Shown piece after piece: positions 29,299 through 42,378 of a stretch of 64,000 nt of DNA. The stretch is from positions 7,006,001-7,070,000 of the forward strand of contig OZ059899.1 of assembly GCA_964057225.1 (NCBI GenBank), read 5' to 3'. Source of the stretch: Auanema rhodensis. Its lineage: Eukaryota; Animalia; Nematoda. Each line of letters opens with the position of its first letter. Position 1 is the first letter of the stretch. The notes beneath the pieces are model-generated. The model saw only the letters and a list, made by a program, of their open reading frames with translations, did not search any database and was not told the DNA's origin. A program made the position numbers and the translations under genes.

Positions 29299-31506
29299 TT
29301 ATTGCCATGAAAAATACTTTTCTTTTGTCTTGATTTCATCTAATGTCTTGTTAGCAACAGCATCATCAAGAGCTTTATAAGTCTGAAATAATGAATGAGT
29401 TTTCCGAGCACATATGAAATACATACCGATAGAACTTTCACATCACCATATCCTACAAGAGATGGTCTATGAGAAAGCATTCTTTCAGCAATTCTAATAA
29501 TATCTTTGTTTGTTACTTTATCTAAAACAACAAATACGAAACACTTACAAAAAACAACAATCAAACCTATTTTAGCCATATAATCATCAGGTTTTCTACG
29601 GTAGCCGTGTCCCATAACTTGACGAGACATATCTTCAAACATCACAGGCCTTATTTCCAAATTCATCATCAATTGAGATTTTAACTGAATCTTAGCCCTT
29701 AAAACAAAAGTACAGCAATAATAACATACTAATCGTACCTATCAAGCTCCACTTTGTCTACACCTCTAAGTAGTCTGAAGAATTGATCAAGAAGAACTAT
29801 CAAGACATTATTGATCTAAATTTTAATTAACGCATAAGAAAAAAAACATTGAAAATGCATACAGATTGTGGATCACTGCTAGCTTGTACACAGAATAATC
29901 CACTGTCAGCGTAAGAATGATTATATGCTGTTGCACCATATACCCAATAACACCTAAAGCCAACTTCTATTTGGAAAATGTTTAACAATTAACCTATTCA
30001 TGACTTCGGTGTATAATCTTGTATACATTCCTTTACCCGGACCTCCCGCTGAAAAAGAACCACCACCACCAAGTAGAGATTGCAGTACACAGAAAGCAAC
30101 AAAATCGTCATCCCTAAACACTTTTATAGGAACACAGCAAAGAAATAGCTAATACTTATAGCCTACGCCTTGAAAACCAAGCACAACATGAGCTAAGTTA
30201 GGGTATGGTGTTCCGATAGCCAAGTTTGAAAGATCTTTTTGAATCTAAAAATACAAATTATCATTATATTCTTTCCAATTTTTAAATTCTTACTCTGACT
30301 TCTCCTCCAGTATATTGAGCAATCGAATTATCAACTATAGGAACATTAGGAAGTAAAAGATCAGAATTAGCCCAAGTTGTTGTATTCCAATTTAAATGTT
30401 TTTTAACTGCAGCTTCTAAATCCTCATGAGATACTCCGACTCCTCAAAATTGGAAAATTAGAATTATTGTTGGGAGTACTTTTACCTGATACAACTATTC
30501 TTTTAGGATCATGATATTGGCTCATGTAAGAAAACACATGTTTTCTTGTGATTTTATCAAGAGCATCATCTGATGTATACTTTGAAAATCCCAGAGTATT
30601 ATCACGAAAAGCAGCCTTCAAAAATCATGGAAGTTAATGATGATATCAATATTATAGTACAGTATGAATCCAATCGGTAAGAAGTGGTTCGCACTCAATA
30701 CGTTGAGCCATATCCTGATTTTCGTACATAATAATTGCTTTGGCTTCTTCGAACTGAAAAACTAATTATTGTAATAATTTAGTAGTGTAATTCATACCTC
30801 TTCTTTAGTAACTTGGGGTCTCCAAATAGCATTACATAAAATCTCCATAACTTCATCAAGACCACTAGATAAGCAACTAGCAGCATAGAGAAATGTGTCC
30901 TATAACATACAAATTATGCAAAATTCAATCTAAAAACACTAACTTTTGTGCTCTGACAGTCTATTAATCCTCCATTACGTTCAAGGACACCATATATCTC
31001 ATCTCTAGATTTATGAACAAGAGAGGACTAAGAAAAAAAATATAAAATAATATTTCGAAACAATTAATACCCCAAAGGCAAGCTTTTCAATTATATGAGA
31101 TGTACCTAAAGGATATCCACACTCATAACGAGAGCCGCTATCAATAACAACTGGAAACAAATTATTGAAAAGATTGAATGTACATAAACCGGGTGTATTT
31201 GAATATAAATTCTTACTTCCAACAGTACAATACTCCCCATAGTGAGGTTCAGAAGCAATCCTAATTCCACTCTCCGTCTTAGAAATCTTTGTTTGAAATG
31301 GCTTATGCTCAGCAGATGTAATTTTTGTGCCTTCGATATCGCTAAGATTCTGGAGAGGAATCGACAAAGGTATTCTGGTAATATCCTATAGAAGGAATTC
31401 TTTCGTAACAGCTTTTTATTTTTTTCAGATTTACCTGCACTCTCTCTCTGATAAGACTAGAAGCGGAAAATTGGCGAATTTGACCAATTCTGAAGAACCG
31501 ATTCAT
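29299..31506 (-). CDS. mppa-1: Mitochondrial processing peptidase alpha subunit (M16 family), multi-exon
   Basis: Arg-rich presequence [17 protein letters not shown], then IDSGSRYE...SHIIEKLAF (non-catalytic HxxEK), glycine-rich loop [22 protein letters not shown] (~30015-30080) and [19 protein letters not shown]. Ends ...KYFSWQ*. TTTCAG lies 2 nt upstream of the ATG. Confidence 0.93.
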
Positions 31507-32884
<1,378 letters not shown>

Positions 32885-33431
32885 TTAATGGAGAATAAGT
32901 AAGCATGCTACATATTTCTAATTATATATATATTGCGTTATCAATAGTTTTATATAGATTTTCTATCATCCTTTTCGACGAATATCATTGTTTTATTTTT
33001 TCTACTTAGGGAATCTCCTATTTCTCTTCCACGACTTTTGCAGCTTCTTGTTTGTAGATATTTGAATTAACTTATATTTTCATGGGTTTGATCGATGGTC
33101 ATTAGGAGAAATAAATTTCATGAGTTCTAAAACAAATACTCCTCCATCAGATGGACCATTCCATTAATTTCACTGTGTTAATAATTATTTTAAAGCACAA
33201 TTTTAATCGCTAGCTAGTCTGGCGTTTCTGCATAACGTTATTGTACCTGTGGAATTTTTGATCCATACATGCTAAATGTGATAGTAAACGAACTTCGCAC
33301 TTGAATAAATTTTCATCAATTTATGAATAAGTGACAATATTATATTAATACAAATGGTTGAGTAACCCGGGCATGAGATCATACAAGTTAGTTAATTAAG
33401 TACATTACAAAAATAGAAGCAGATTCGAAAT

Positions 33432-36400
33432 TTATGGACTAAACTTGTTATTTCTTCGCCCTCTGCTAGACCTTTGCGGAAGATAGCTTTCAACATCTCT
33501 ATTGGCAGCCTTAACATTCGAATTTAGATACCACATAATACAAATTAAACTTACTAAGACATCCTGGACAACAAGGATAAAATTGTCAGTAGGATGCAAT
33601 TTGGCTCTGGTGACCTTAATTTCGACTGACTATAAGAAAAACTAATAATTAAACTACCTCAGTTATTTTGTTCTGAACAATATTATCTGGCGACTCATCT
33701 GGTTGAGATTCGCTATCACTGTCACCTGCCGGTTCCTAAAACATTTCAGTTCAAGATAAAACAAAAGTAGAACCTTACGTTTACTATTATATTGTTAGAA
33801 TGATTATCGGATTTACATCCTTTGACATCTCTCGCTTCAGGAGCTTTTGTGGCATCAATTGTTGTTGAATCAGAATTTGAACCTGATTCTGAAGGGTTTT
33901 GAATAAGAAAATAGCATATATGTCTTTCTTTGTATTTCTAACTTTTCAATTTTTTCTTAGAAACTTTCCCGTTATTTCTTTTCGCTTGTGGAGCAGTTAC
34001 AGTTGTCTCTGGTGTAGAACCACGCTTTCGACTTCGTTTGTTGGATTTTTCTTCAACTTTATCTTCCACGGCATTTTTTCCGTCTTTCTTTTTTTCGCGT
34101 CTTTCAAGCTCTGAGCAAAAGTGTGCGACGAACTCATTTAATAATAAATACCTGTACGACCAAGTTTACCGGTACAGTTAATTGCTTCGCAACGACATTC
34201 AGGTAAAGGTGTTCCAACAGTATATTCTTGCATATCATAGTTAAAACACAGTTCTTCCCCAATCTCAACATCTCTTTTCGTGAATATTGCAACTCTCCTG
34301 TCATACTGAAAACAACATATAACATACGCAACCATATTGAAAACGTTTACCCGAAGAGTGGAGCCTTTGCCTACACCATTTGAACTTACCACAGCTTCAA
34401 TAGTTTCAACAACACAGTTGGGATCACACGAGTGATTTAAAAATCTGAACACAACTTTCCATTACATGTGATAAATCAAGCTAACCTCGCTATATTTCCT
34501 TTATATTTGCAATCGATCACTCTATTTTTATCGAGCTGCATCATATAATGCTTTTCCTCATCATTTTTGCAACGAGCAGATTGATCAATTCGGCGCTGCT
34601 TTTCGGTAAGACTAATGATTTCTCCCGCATATTCAGCGATGAAACTTCCCTAAAAACAAAAACTATTATTACCAAGTCAAACAATTCTCAGTAAAACCTG
34701 TGGGACTCTAGCTGTGGCAAAGACACCAGTTCCTTTCAATTCAGTTCCTTTAGCAACAATATCAGGGTTAGTTGATTTTCTCGAAACATATCTATTGGAA
34801 CAACCACCCTTTTTTTTCTCGCAACTTTCAGGGCATTCTTGATGAGTGCTCCTGTTTTGACATTTACTCTTGGGTCCACATCGATCAGGTTCTTCCTACA
34901 TTTTGCGTAGCTTAATAATTAAAAAAAGATTTACCGGGCAATCACACATTACATCCTCTTCTTGTACAGGGGCTAGGCGAGGCTTTGGGCACTCGGAATG
35001 GTATACAGATGTCTAGAAAAAAAAGGTTATATGATATAATTTCAATTACTTACTTTAATTTTAGTATATTTTTCATTCATAACATTGAAAACGGGTCGCG
35101 GAACATAGATTCTGTCATCCATCAGCCTCCAAGCTAAATTCCATTTTTTATATAATAATTCGATTAAAAAAATATATACTTTCAATATAATCTCGATCTT
35201 TCTTGTTTTTTCCAATTAAACTGAAAGACCCACTGAACATAGGAACAAGGGTTGATGCAGGCAGTAATGAGAAAAGATTTGCACATCCAGCCCATTTCAC
35301 CGCTATATAGCCTGGCTGATTCAATTTAGAACCGTACTTGTCTCTAAACCAGCTAATAATTATAAAAATTGAAAAAAAAAACTACTAACAATGATTTACA
35401 ATGAGCAGGATAATCACTTAGTGCTACGGAAGTACCAGCAAAGTATCTGAACAAAATAATAATAATGATGATAATAATAATAATACTCCAGTTACCCATT
35501 GTTATATTTGGCAATAATAAATTGATTGATTCTAATGGATTCCCCATGAATGCAACTTTCACAAAGTGGATCTTTATCATTGAATCGACTTCCTGAGTAA
35601 AAAAATACAGAAAATGAACTATTGGAATATTTACCTAGAATAACTTCAACTCGTCTACATCTAGCATGATACGAACGAATACACTGAGAGCATGGCAATA
35701 ATATATCAATACCTATGAAGTAAGAGATAAACAGAGAAAACGAAAACTTCCTATTACCTGTTGTACCTTTATCTTCACATTCACAACAGAATGGCAAATG
35801 ACCTTTAGATCCATTTTTTATACCAGAATACTTACTATGAACATGACATGTAACTTGTTCTACAGTAACCTGAAATATTTTAATATACCTAAGGAGAAAA
35901 TGTAGTGTTGACCTCAGATGTTGAATTTTCATTTTTCCTCGTTTTAGTAACTTTCTGAATATTTGACCCTGCTGGGCGACAGAGATCATGAAAAGCTCGA
36001 TAACATTCCGAACATTCATAGACTCTACCTAAAACTCATTCATTAGAATGTTAATAAAAATTGGTTTCACCCAGAGTAGCTGTATTTTTTTTCCTTTCAA
36101 ACCAACATAAATCACAATGATGCAGAGGACAATAGTAACTACCTACTAAGGTTTTTAAATATTCGAAATTAAAATCCCCAGCATTATAGCCCTAAAAGAA
36201 TGCACCATATACAATATTTGAGCAGCATCGAAACCTGAGCACATGACATGTGAAAACGAGTTTGACATTTCCCACCAGGTCCTTTCTTAGAGCATTGTTG
36301 TAACGGTTCGTCTTTAAGACCTGGTTCTAGTTGACAAATGAAACAGCGTTCTAGATAATTACTTTAAATTCGGTGAAGGTAAACTAATTCAAACCTTCTT

Positions 36401-37534
36401 CTACATCCCGATTTAATCTAGATTGGTGCATCCAAACAGCTGAAATATGATGTTACATATGAGCAATTAGTCTATGCTCACTTTTCACAGTGTCAGGCGC
36501 ATCGGATTCAGACTTTGAAGAGACCACTTTACTTCCTTTATCGTTTTTCTCATTACTTGTGTTCACAATACTTTCATTACTGTGAGTATTCATTAGGCAG
36601 ATTTAATGTAAAAACTTACCCTACATTCTCCTTGGCTTCTTTTGAAGTATCTATACTTTCCCCATTACTGCCATTCGGAACACTGTCATCAAGAGAACCT
36701 AGTACAAAACATAACAACAGGAAAGCCAATATTTAAATACTTAGTGTTGAGATAGATGCTTCCTTTTCAGAATTTATGCTCGATTTGTTGCTTACGGTTT
36801 CTACGGCATTTTCCTTATCCTAAACTATTTTGTAACAAGTAAAATAGAACATACTCACGGATTCTTCTGTAATAGGCTGAGTATCACGTTCATCTCTCAT
36901 CATGATAGTTCGCAGTATTTCACTAATATAAATAAAAAATACAACACCAAATAACATTAGCTTACGTCAAATCTTCATCAAAAATTTTTTGATCACAAAT
37001 AGTGCTAATAAGTTCTTCACAAGCATCAAGGACAGGGTCTAGAATAAAAGATACAATAATACAAAAACATGTAATTCACCTGATTTAGTCATTATTTTGT
37101 TAGAAACTATTTCAGAAATAATTTCTTTGATTTTAGTTCGCATTTCTTTGGTATTACATCTTACTAGTTTAGCGGCCTGGAAGATCCAAATGAGCCCAAA
37201 ATTTCATATAAACACACTTTCAATCGCCGATTATTCCATAATATTAAACGCTTTAGATCCATCACTAAATGGATCATCCCATCCTCCTGAAACTAAGAAA
37301 CGGTGAAAAAAATTTATGTATCGACTAACATTTGTTCCTAGAAGTTTATCATGCCATTTCTTATAATTTGTTACTTGTTTTCTAAAATGTTCAACCAATT
37401 CCTTGTCTAGTTTAATATTATAGGAAGGCAGGGGCCATCGTTTCGGTTTCAGAAATCTATTTATAATTTATATTATATAAAAAGTAACACAAAAGAACTT
37501 ACTCTAACGACGTGGAGTTATTTAAAGTTTCCAT
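33432..37534 (-). CDS. mes-4: NSD-family SET-domain histone H3K36 methyltransferase (MES-4-like) with PHD-like Cys/His clusters, AWS, SET, post-SET and a Lys-rich tail; exact start codon uncertain
   Basis: IAEYAGEII...IDCKYKGNIARFLNHSCDPNC...GSTLR|YDRRVAIF...GEELCFNY, post-SET CRCEAINCTGKLG, and several PHD-like segments (CFICQ..CQTRFHMSCA..YCPLHHC; CCEC...CSQCIRSYHARC). The insertion after NHSCDPN resembles what I recall of nematode MES-4 rather than MET-1/LIN-59. Confidence 0.85.
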
Positions 37535-37914
37535 TATATTTTTTCCATTAGCTAAAAATCTGGAAATACAAGAACTATTATTATGGTCTATTGCATGATG
37601 GTTACAAAAATTTGCTTTGGAAACTGAATGTAAAATTTTTTATAAATATTATGGTTTGTTATGGATGTTTCGAAACTTGGCAAACCCAACCTTTCTCTAT
37701 CGTGATTCAAAAATAGTAATTGAAATTCACTGTTAATGCATTTCAAACCAATTCAAAAATAATAAGAAACGCAATAATTATCCAAAACTATGCCAGTTTA
37801 AAATAGTGCATTAATATACTCATGTAAATCATAAAAAATCTTATGAAATATAAGATAATATAATAATAAATTTATCACAATCATAGTCGTATCTTAGCGC
37901 ATCCATTTCAGAAA

Positions 37915-37930
37915 TTCGAAATTCCCGCCA
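37915..37930 (-). promoter_or_regulatory. CDE-CHR (E2F + LIN-54/DREAM) composite element upstream of mes-4
   Basis: Minus strand reads TGGCGG-GAAT-TTCGAA: CDE GGCGG, a 4-nt spacer and CHR variant TTCGAA, about 380 bp upstream of the mes-4 ATG in the sense orientation. Confidence 0.6.
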
Positions 37931-38673
37931 TAATCCGGGCGTCAATTTCCGTAACGTTCAGAAGATTTCGTTCCATCCTCGGTAGTCAACAATCAATCAA
38001 TATATAGTTTTCCATAAACAGATACAGCTGAGTGAATACAGTTTTCCACCACACCAGTAAATAAAGCTTGAGATCAGAGTTGAAAGAAAGTATTTTAATT
38101 ATAACGTATATTTTCCATTAATATTAAAAAATTATTCAATTCGTTTTACTCAAAATTGAAAACAGAAAATTTACTTCGCTTGCGCAATATGTTTTTAGGT
38201 GATGTGGAGATAGTTGTCCCCAGGGCTGATATGTACTTAATTTTAAGACATGCTGTAAAATAGAATTTATGCGTTTCAGACCACTTGAAATATCTATTTA
38301 TTCATTTTTCTTACCACGTTTATATTATGAATTACGCTTTGTTCATACCTTTACTCAAACGCTCAATTTAAAAGGCAAAGATAGAGAACAATTAATGTCA
38401 TGCTTTATTAAGCTGTGAGAAAATATTATCACGTTTGACAGATAAGACTTCTTAAGTCATCACCTGTTATGGTACTTTATTCGCATTCAGCAGAGTAAAA
38501 CAAACTCTTTGGTAAATCATTTATTGGTTTTATTTCATTAAAATTTAGTTTTTAACAATTACACCAAGTGTAAATATAAATGTTCAGAAAATTTGTAACA
38601 ACGGCTTAACGAAATGAAAATAAGTAACAATTTCAGAAATTCTACAGTGAATAAGTAAATTAAAAAATTCAAT

Positions 38674-40595
38674 TTAGATCAAGGATCCTAAGAAGAGGGA
38701 GAAGAGAACTCCGGATAAGATTCCAAGGATAAGGAAGAAAGCGGCCATAGTTCCAGCAACACGTTGCTTAGAGGGCGCAACAGTGCTAAAAAAACAGTTT
38801 TAACTAGTGAAATAGCAGGTTTTACTTACGTGTTAGCATACATCATCGACATTCCACTGTAGTATCCATTTGTTGTGCTCATAAGCATAGCACCAAACAG
38901 ATATATATAGACATTGTCGAAAAGAACGGGAAGCGTTCTAGTTTCTGGACGGCAATTACAGAAAATGAAGAAAGGGATAAAGAGAAGACGAAGGAAGACG
39001 GGAATCCAAAGTTTCTTAGCACTTGGCTTAAATATGATATTGTTTAAATAATGATAAGAATAATAAACTACCATTTGTTTCACTCCAGCTAACAGAGATC
39101 CGATGAAAGAGAATACGTTGAAAAGAAGGAAAGTGGTAACGGAAACAAAAAGCTTCTCTGAATATAGAACAGTGAGTACGGTGTTATTGTTTAAAACATA
39201 CCGGGGATCCAGAAGTCGTAAGCTTCTCCTTTAGAATTTGGAGAAACAGTTACCATCAATCCTGGGAAAACAGTGAGAGTTACGAAGAACACAGTGAAAA
39301 CATTTGCAAATTGTGGAGCACCCTGAAAACAGTTTAGATTTTGATTCGACGATCGGTAGATTCATACCTCTTTGAAAGTACTGATGTAGTCTCTAACACC
39401 TGGACGTCCATGTCGAGCGACTTCTTCTTCTCTATTGAGTTCAGCTTTGCGACTATAGTGAAGAAAGAATTCCTAAAAAATTGTATTGTACAATCCTTTT
39501 TATGAATAAAATGGTGTAAATTAGAATTTTCTCACTTGTTTTCTTAGGAAGAAGATAGAGATGAAACAGATAACCAATGAAAGAAAAGCGACTCCGAAAA
39601 ATGTCATGGCATTAAATTTTACATCGTTTGAAACTAAACAAAACAGAATTTAGAAAGGTCACTCTTCAATAAATTTAAGCTTACGATTTGCGGTCAAAAT
39701 AGCAACAACTGAAACAAAAGTACCGCAGATATTATTTCCGATAATGACGGCATTAGTATAACGGAAAGGAAGTTCAGAAGCAACTCCGAAAATGCTATAA
39801 AGTCAGATTAGAAAAATGTCAGATTAAAAAATATCTTATCATACCAATTTTGATAGAGACCATTAGCTGCGTTTAAAACGACAATTGTAGCAATGGTAAT
39901 CCAGAAGAAGAGTGACATATCTAATAATAAAGAACAATCAAACTGACTTCCAACGGTACTACTTACATTCCCAGGTGTTCTGATAAATGTAGTACATAGT
40001 GATCACAAGCATACTAGCAACAACAGAAAGAGATCCACAAACTGTTTTAAGGATATCCATTCTAAAAAAATTGGATATTTGGAGAAATATGTCTCACACA
40101 CTACCTGAAGTAAGAGGCAGCGAAGATATTAGCGAAATTGAACAAAAGATTGGGAGCTTGAGCAGCGATGAGTTGGTAATGCATAAAGTTTTCAGAGTAT
40201 GAAGTGGGAACCGAAGTTCCGTTTTCAATAGCCTTCATCTTATAATTAGTGTAGTACTAAAAATCTCAATAATTAATTTTATAAGATTACAAAAACCATA
40301 CATCTGGCCCAATTGTCATGAAGGCATTCCATGGTAGAAGAGTTCCGATACCGTGGAACAAAACAATACAATACACGATACTCCAGACATCAGTTGGTGC
40401 TTTCTCCTCATCCTCAACAGTAAATGGTTGCAAAACATCGCGTTTTTCAGCATCTGCAACAAGTGAATTTATTAAACGAATGATATTGTTATAGCTCACC
40501 TTGTGATCCAGTCAACGGCTGGGACTCTAAAAAAAAGAAAGAAAAGTTTATAAATATCAAATTGAAAAAAACTGACCTGCAGCACTATCGGCCAT
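38674..40595 (-). CDS. ent-2: Equilibrative nucleoside transporter (SLC29; ent-1/ent-2-like), multi-exon
   Basis: GIGTLLPWNAFMT (TM1), IIGNNICGTFVS, FFVTLTVFPG, FNVFSFIGSLLA, LRLLFIPFFIFCN and STTNGYYSGMSMMYA are ENT hallmarks; ends ...LGSLI*. Family is secure. The ent-2 label rests on recalled adjacency to rab-14 in C. elegans and the gene may be co-orthologous to ent-1. Confidence 0.88.
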
Positions 40596-42378
40596 CTCTC
40601 TCGAAGTTCAGATTCAGCAGTTGCTTCTGCTTACCCTTCAGCCTAATGATGAATGATAAAAAAAAGAAATGGTAAACAGAGAAAACTGAATAGGGCAAGG
40701 AAAACAAATATAGTACAGATAGTAAAGAATTATCGAAGACATCAAATAACAGAAGAAAACGAAGATATTAGAAATCGATCAGTCATTGTTAGAATAATAA
40801 CAGATATATCGAGAAAGGGTGAAAGGTCAGATCTCGAAAAACGTTTGCAGTGACGACACATCTGGTCATTTGTACTTCTAGCAGACAAAAGTTGCGGAAT
40901 GAAGTACACATATAACTAGATATACATATATATATTAGTTCCTATATTATATATATATATATAAAGAAAAATTCAAAATCTCAAATTTTGAAACTATCAA
41001 TGCATTCAAAAAATTGGAATGACTTTTAATGTCAGATAATTCATCATAAATTAGGAAGTTTGAAAAGTGAAATTGAAATTGAAATGATTGTCACCTTTGA
41101 ATCTCTGCGGGACCAAAAGGGATTGGAATTGATCAGTAATTTAGGCTTACATTATGATATTTTAAAAAATTAGAGTTTGAAATTATTGTAAATGGATAGA
41201 AACATCTCAGTTCAAAGTTTAGAATGAACATGTGCGAGGTAATGAGACTTTAGAGGGCGGAGTTATCAGGGTGTCATTTGTTGGATAGAGGTCAGATAAA
41301 ATCTTTTTAAACATTAAACTTTAGCAAATGTGTCCTCAAATGATGAGCAATGTTTTATGATTCAAAAACTTTGAATCCATGAAAAAAAATTAAAAAGACG
41401 AGAAACAAGACATAAATGACCGTCCAACTAGCGAAGAACTAGATAATAGCATTGATGTGGGAACAGTGCGATTATACCTGCAATGTTCATCTTTTTCTTA
41501 TCTTCTATTATAAATATTCTAACATATTAAAAAAAACAGAAGTTTCATCGAAAATGTTGAAATATCAGTTGCAATATGGTTTCCAGCAATCCTATTACAA
41601 ATTTATCATTTGTTATAGCAGGAAACTAGAATTTCATTTGAACATTCGATTTGAGAGTTACATGAATCAGCTTATTTTCATTTGGAAACTAACTATGCAA
41701 TACGACTATGGTATTCGTTTTCATGATTACTATGGAGAAACTACAAGTTCAACGCATTTCCCGCATAGTCATCCGTTTGCCGCTTTTATTTATTTGAAAA
41801 ATCAAGAGAAACAATGAAAACGAATATTTTTTTGGTAAGAAAGTGGTTAAAAAGAAAATTGACATCGAATGAAAAGAAAGAAAGAACATCAGTAACAAAG
41901 ACTTTGTTCACATGGTTAAGAATAAATTGTGAACCATATGTGAATGTTTCGTCAGAATCTAACCAAAAGATGCTAAACGGCGCGATAATCCAAAAGTTCA
42001 CTTTGCTGATGGCTACATCTTATCATTCATATATATATGAAAGGTCATGAGTATTATGAGCTTAGGCTGGAAACAAAGCATGTTCATTGATTCTAGTAAC
42101 CTAGGGTTATCAAAAAGGCCGCTTTCGAGGACTGCTTTGTATATTAGATTACTTATTCATTCATCCATTTATAATGACTAATACAACTAGTTATAAATTA
42201 AATCATTCATATTATATATGATATGTATATATTCTTTCGTATTGTAGTTTGTATAACTGAGATATCAAAGGTTTTTAAAACTGTAATATGTAGTTGTAGT
42301 TGTAGTTTAAACTAGCGAAACAGTTATATTCTTTAAATTTTGCTCTTATTTTGATTTCTTTCAGGGATTTGCTCAAAA

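Noticed and set aside
37535-38673. Possible ent/mes-4 operon (same strand)
   Set aside because: The ~1.1 kb gap contains its own promoter-type element; nematode operon spacers are usually ~100 bp.
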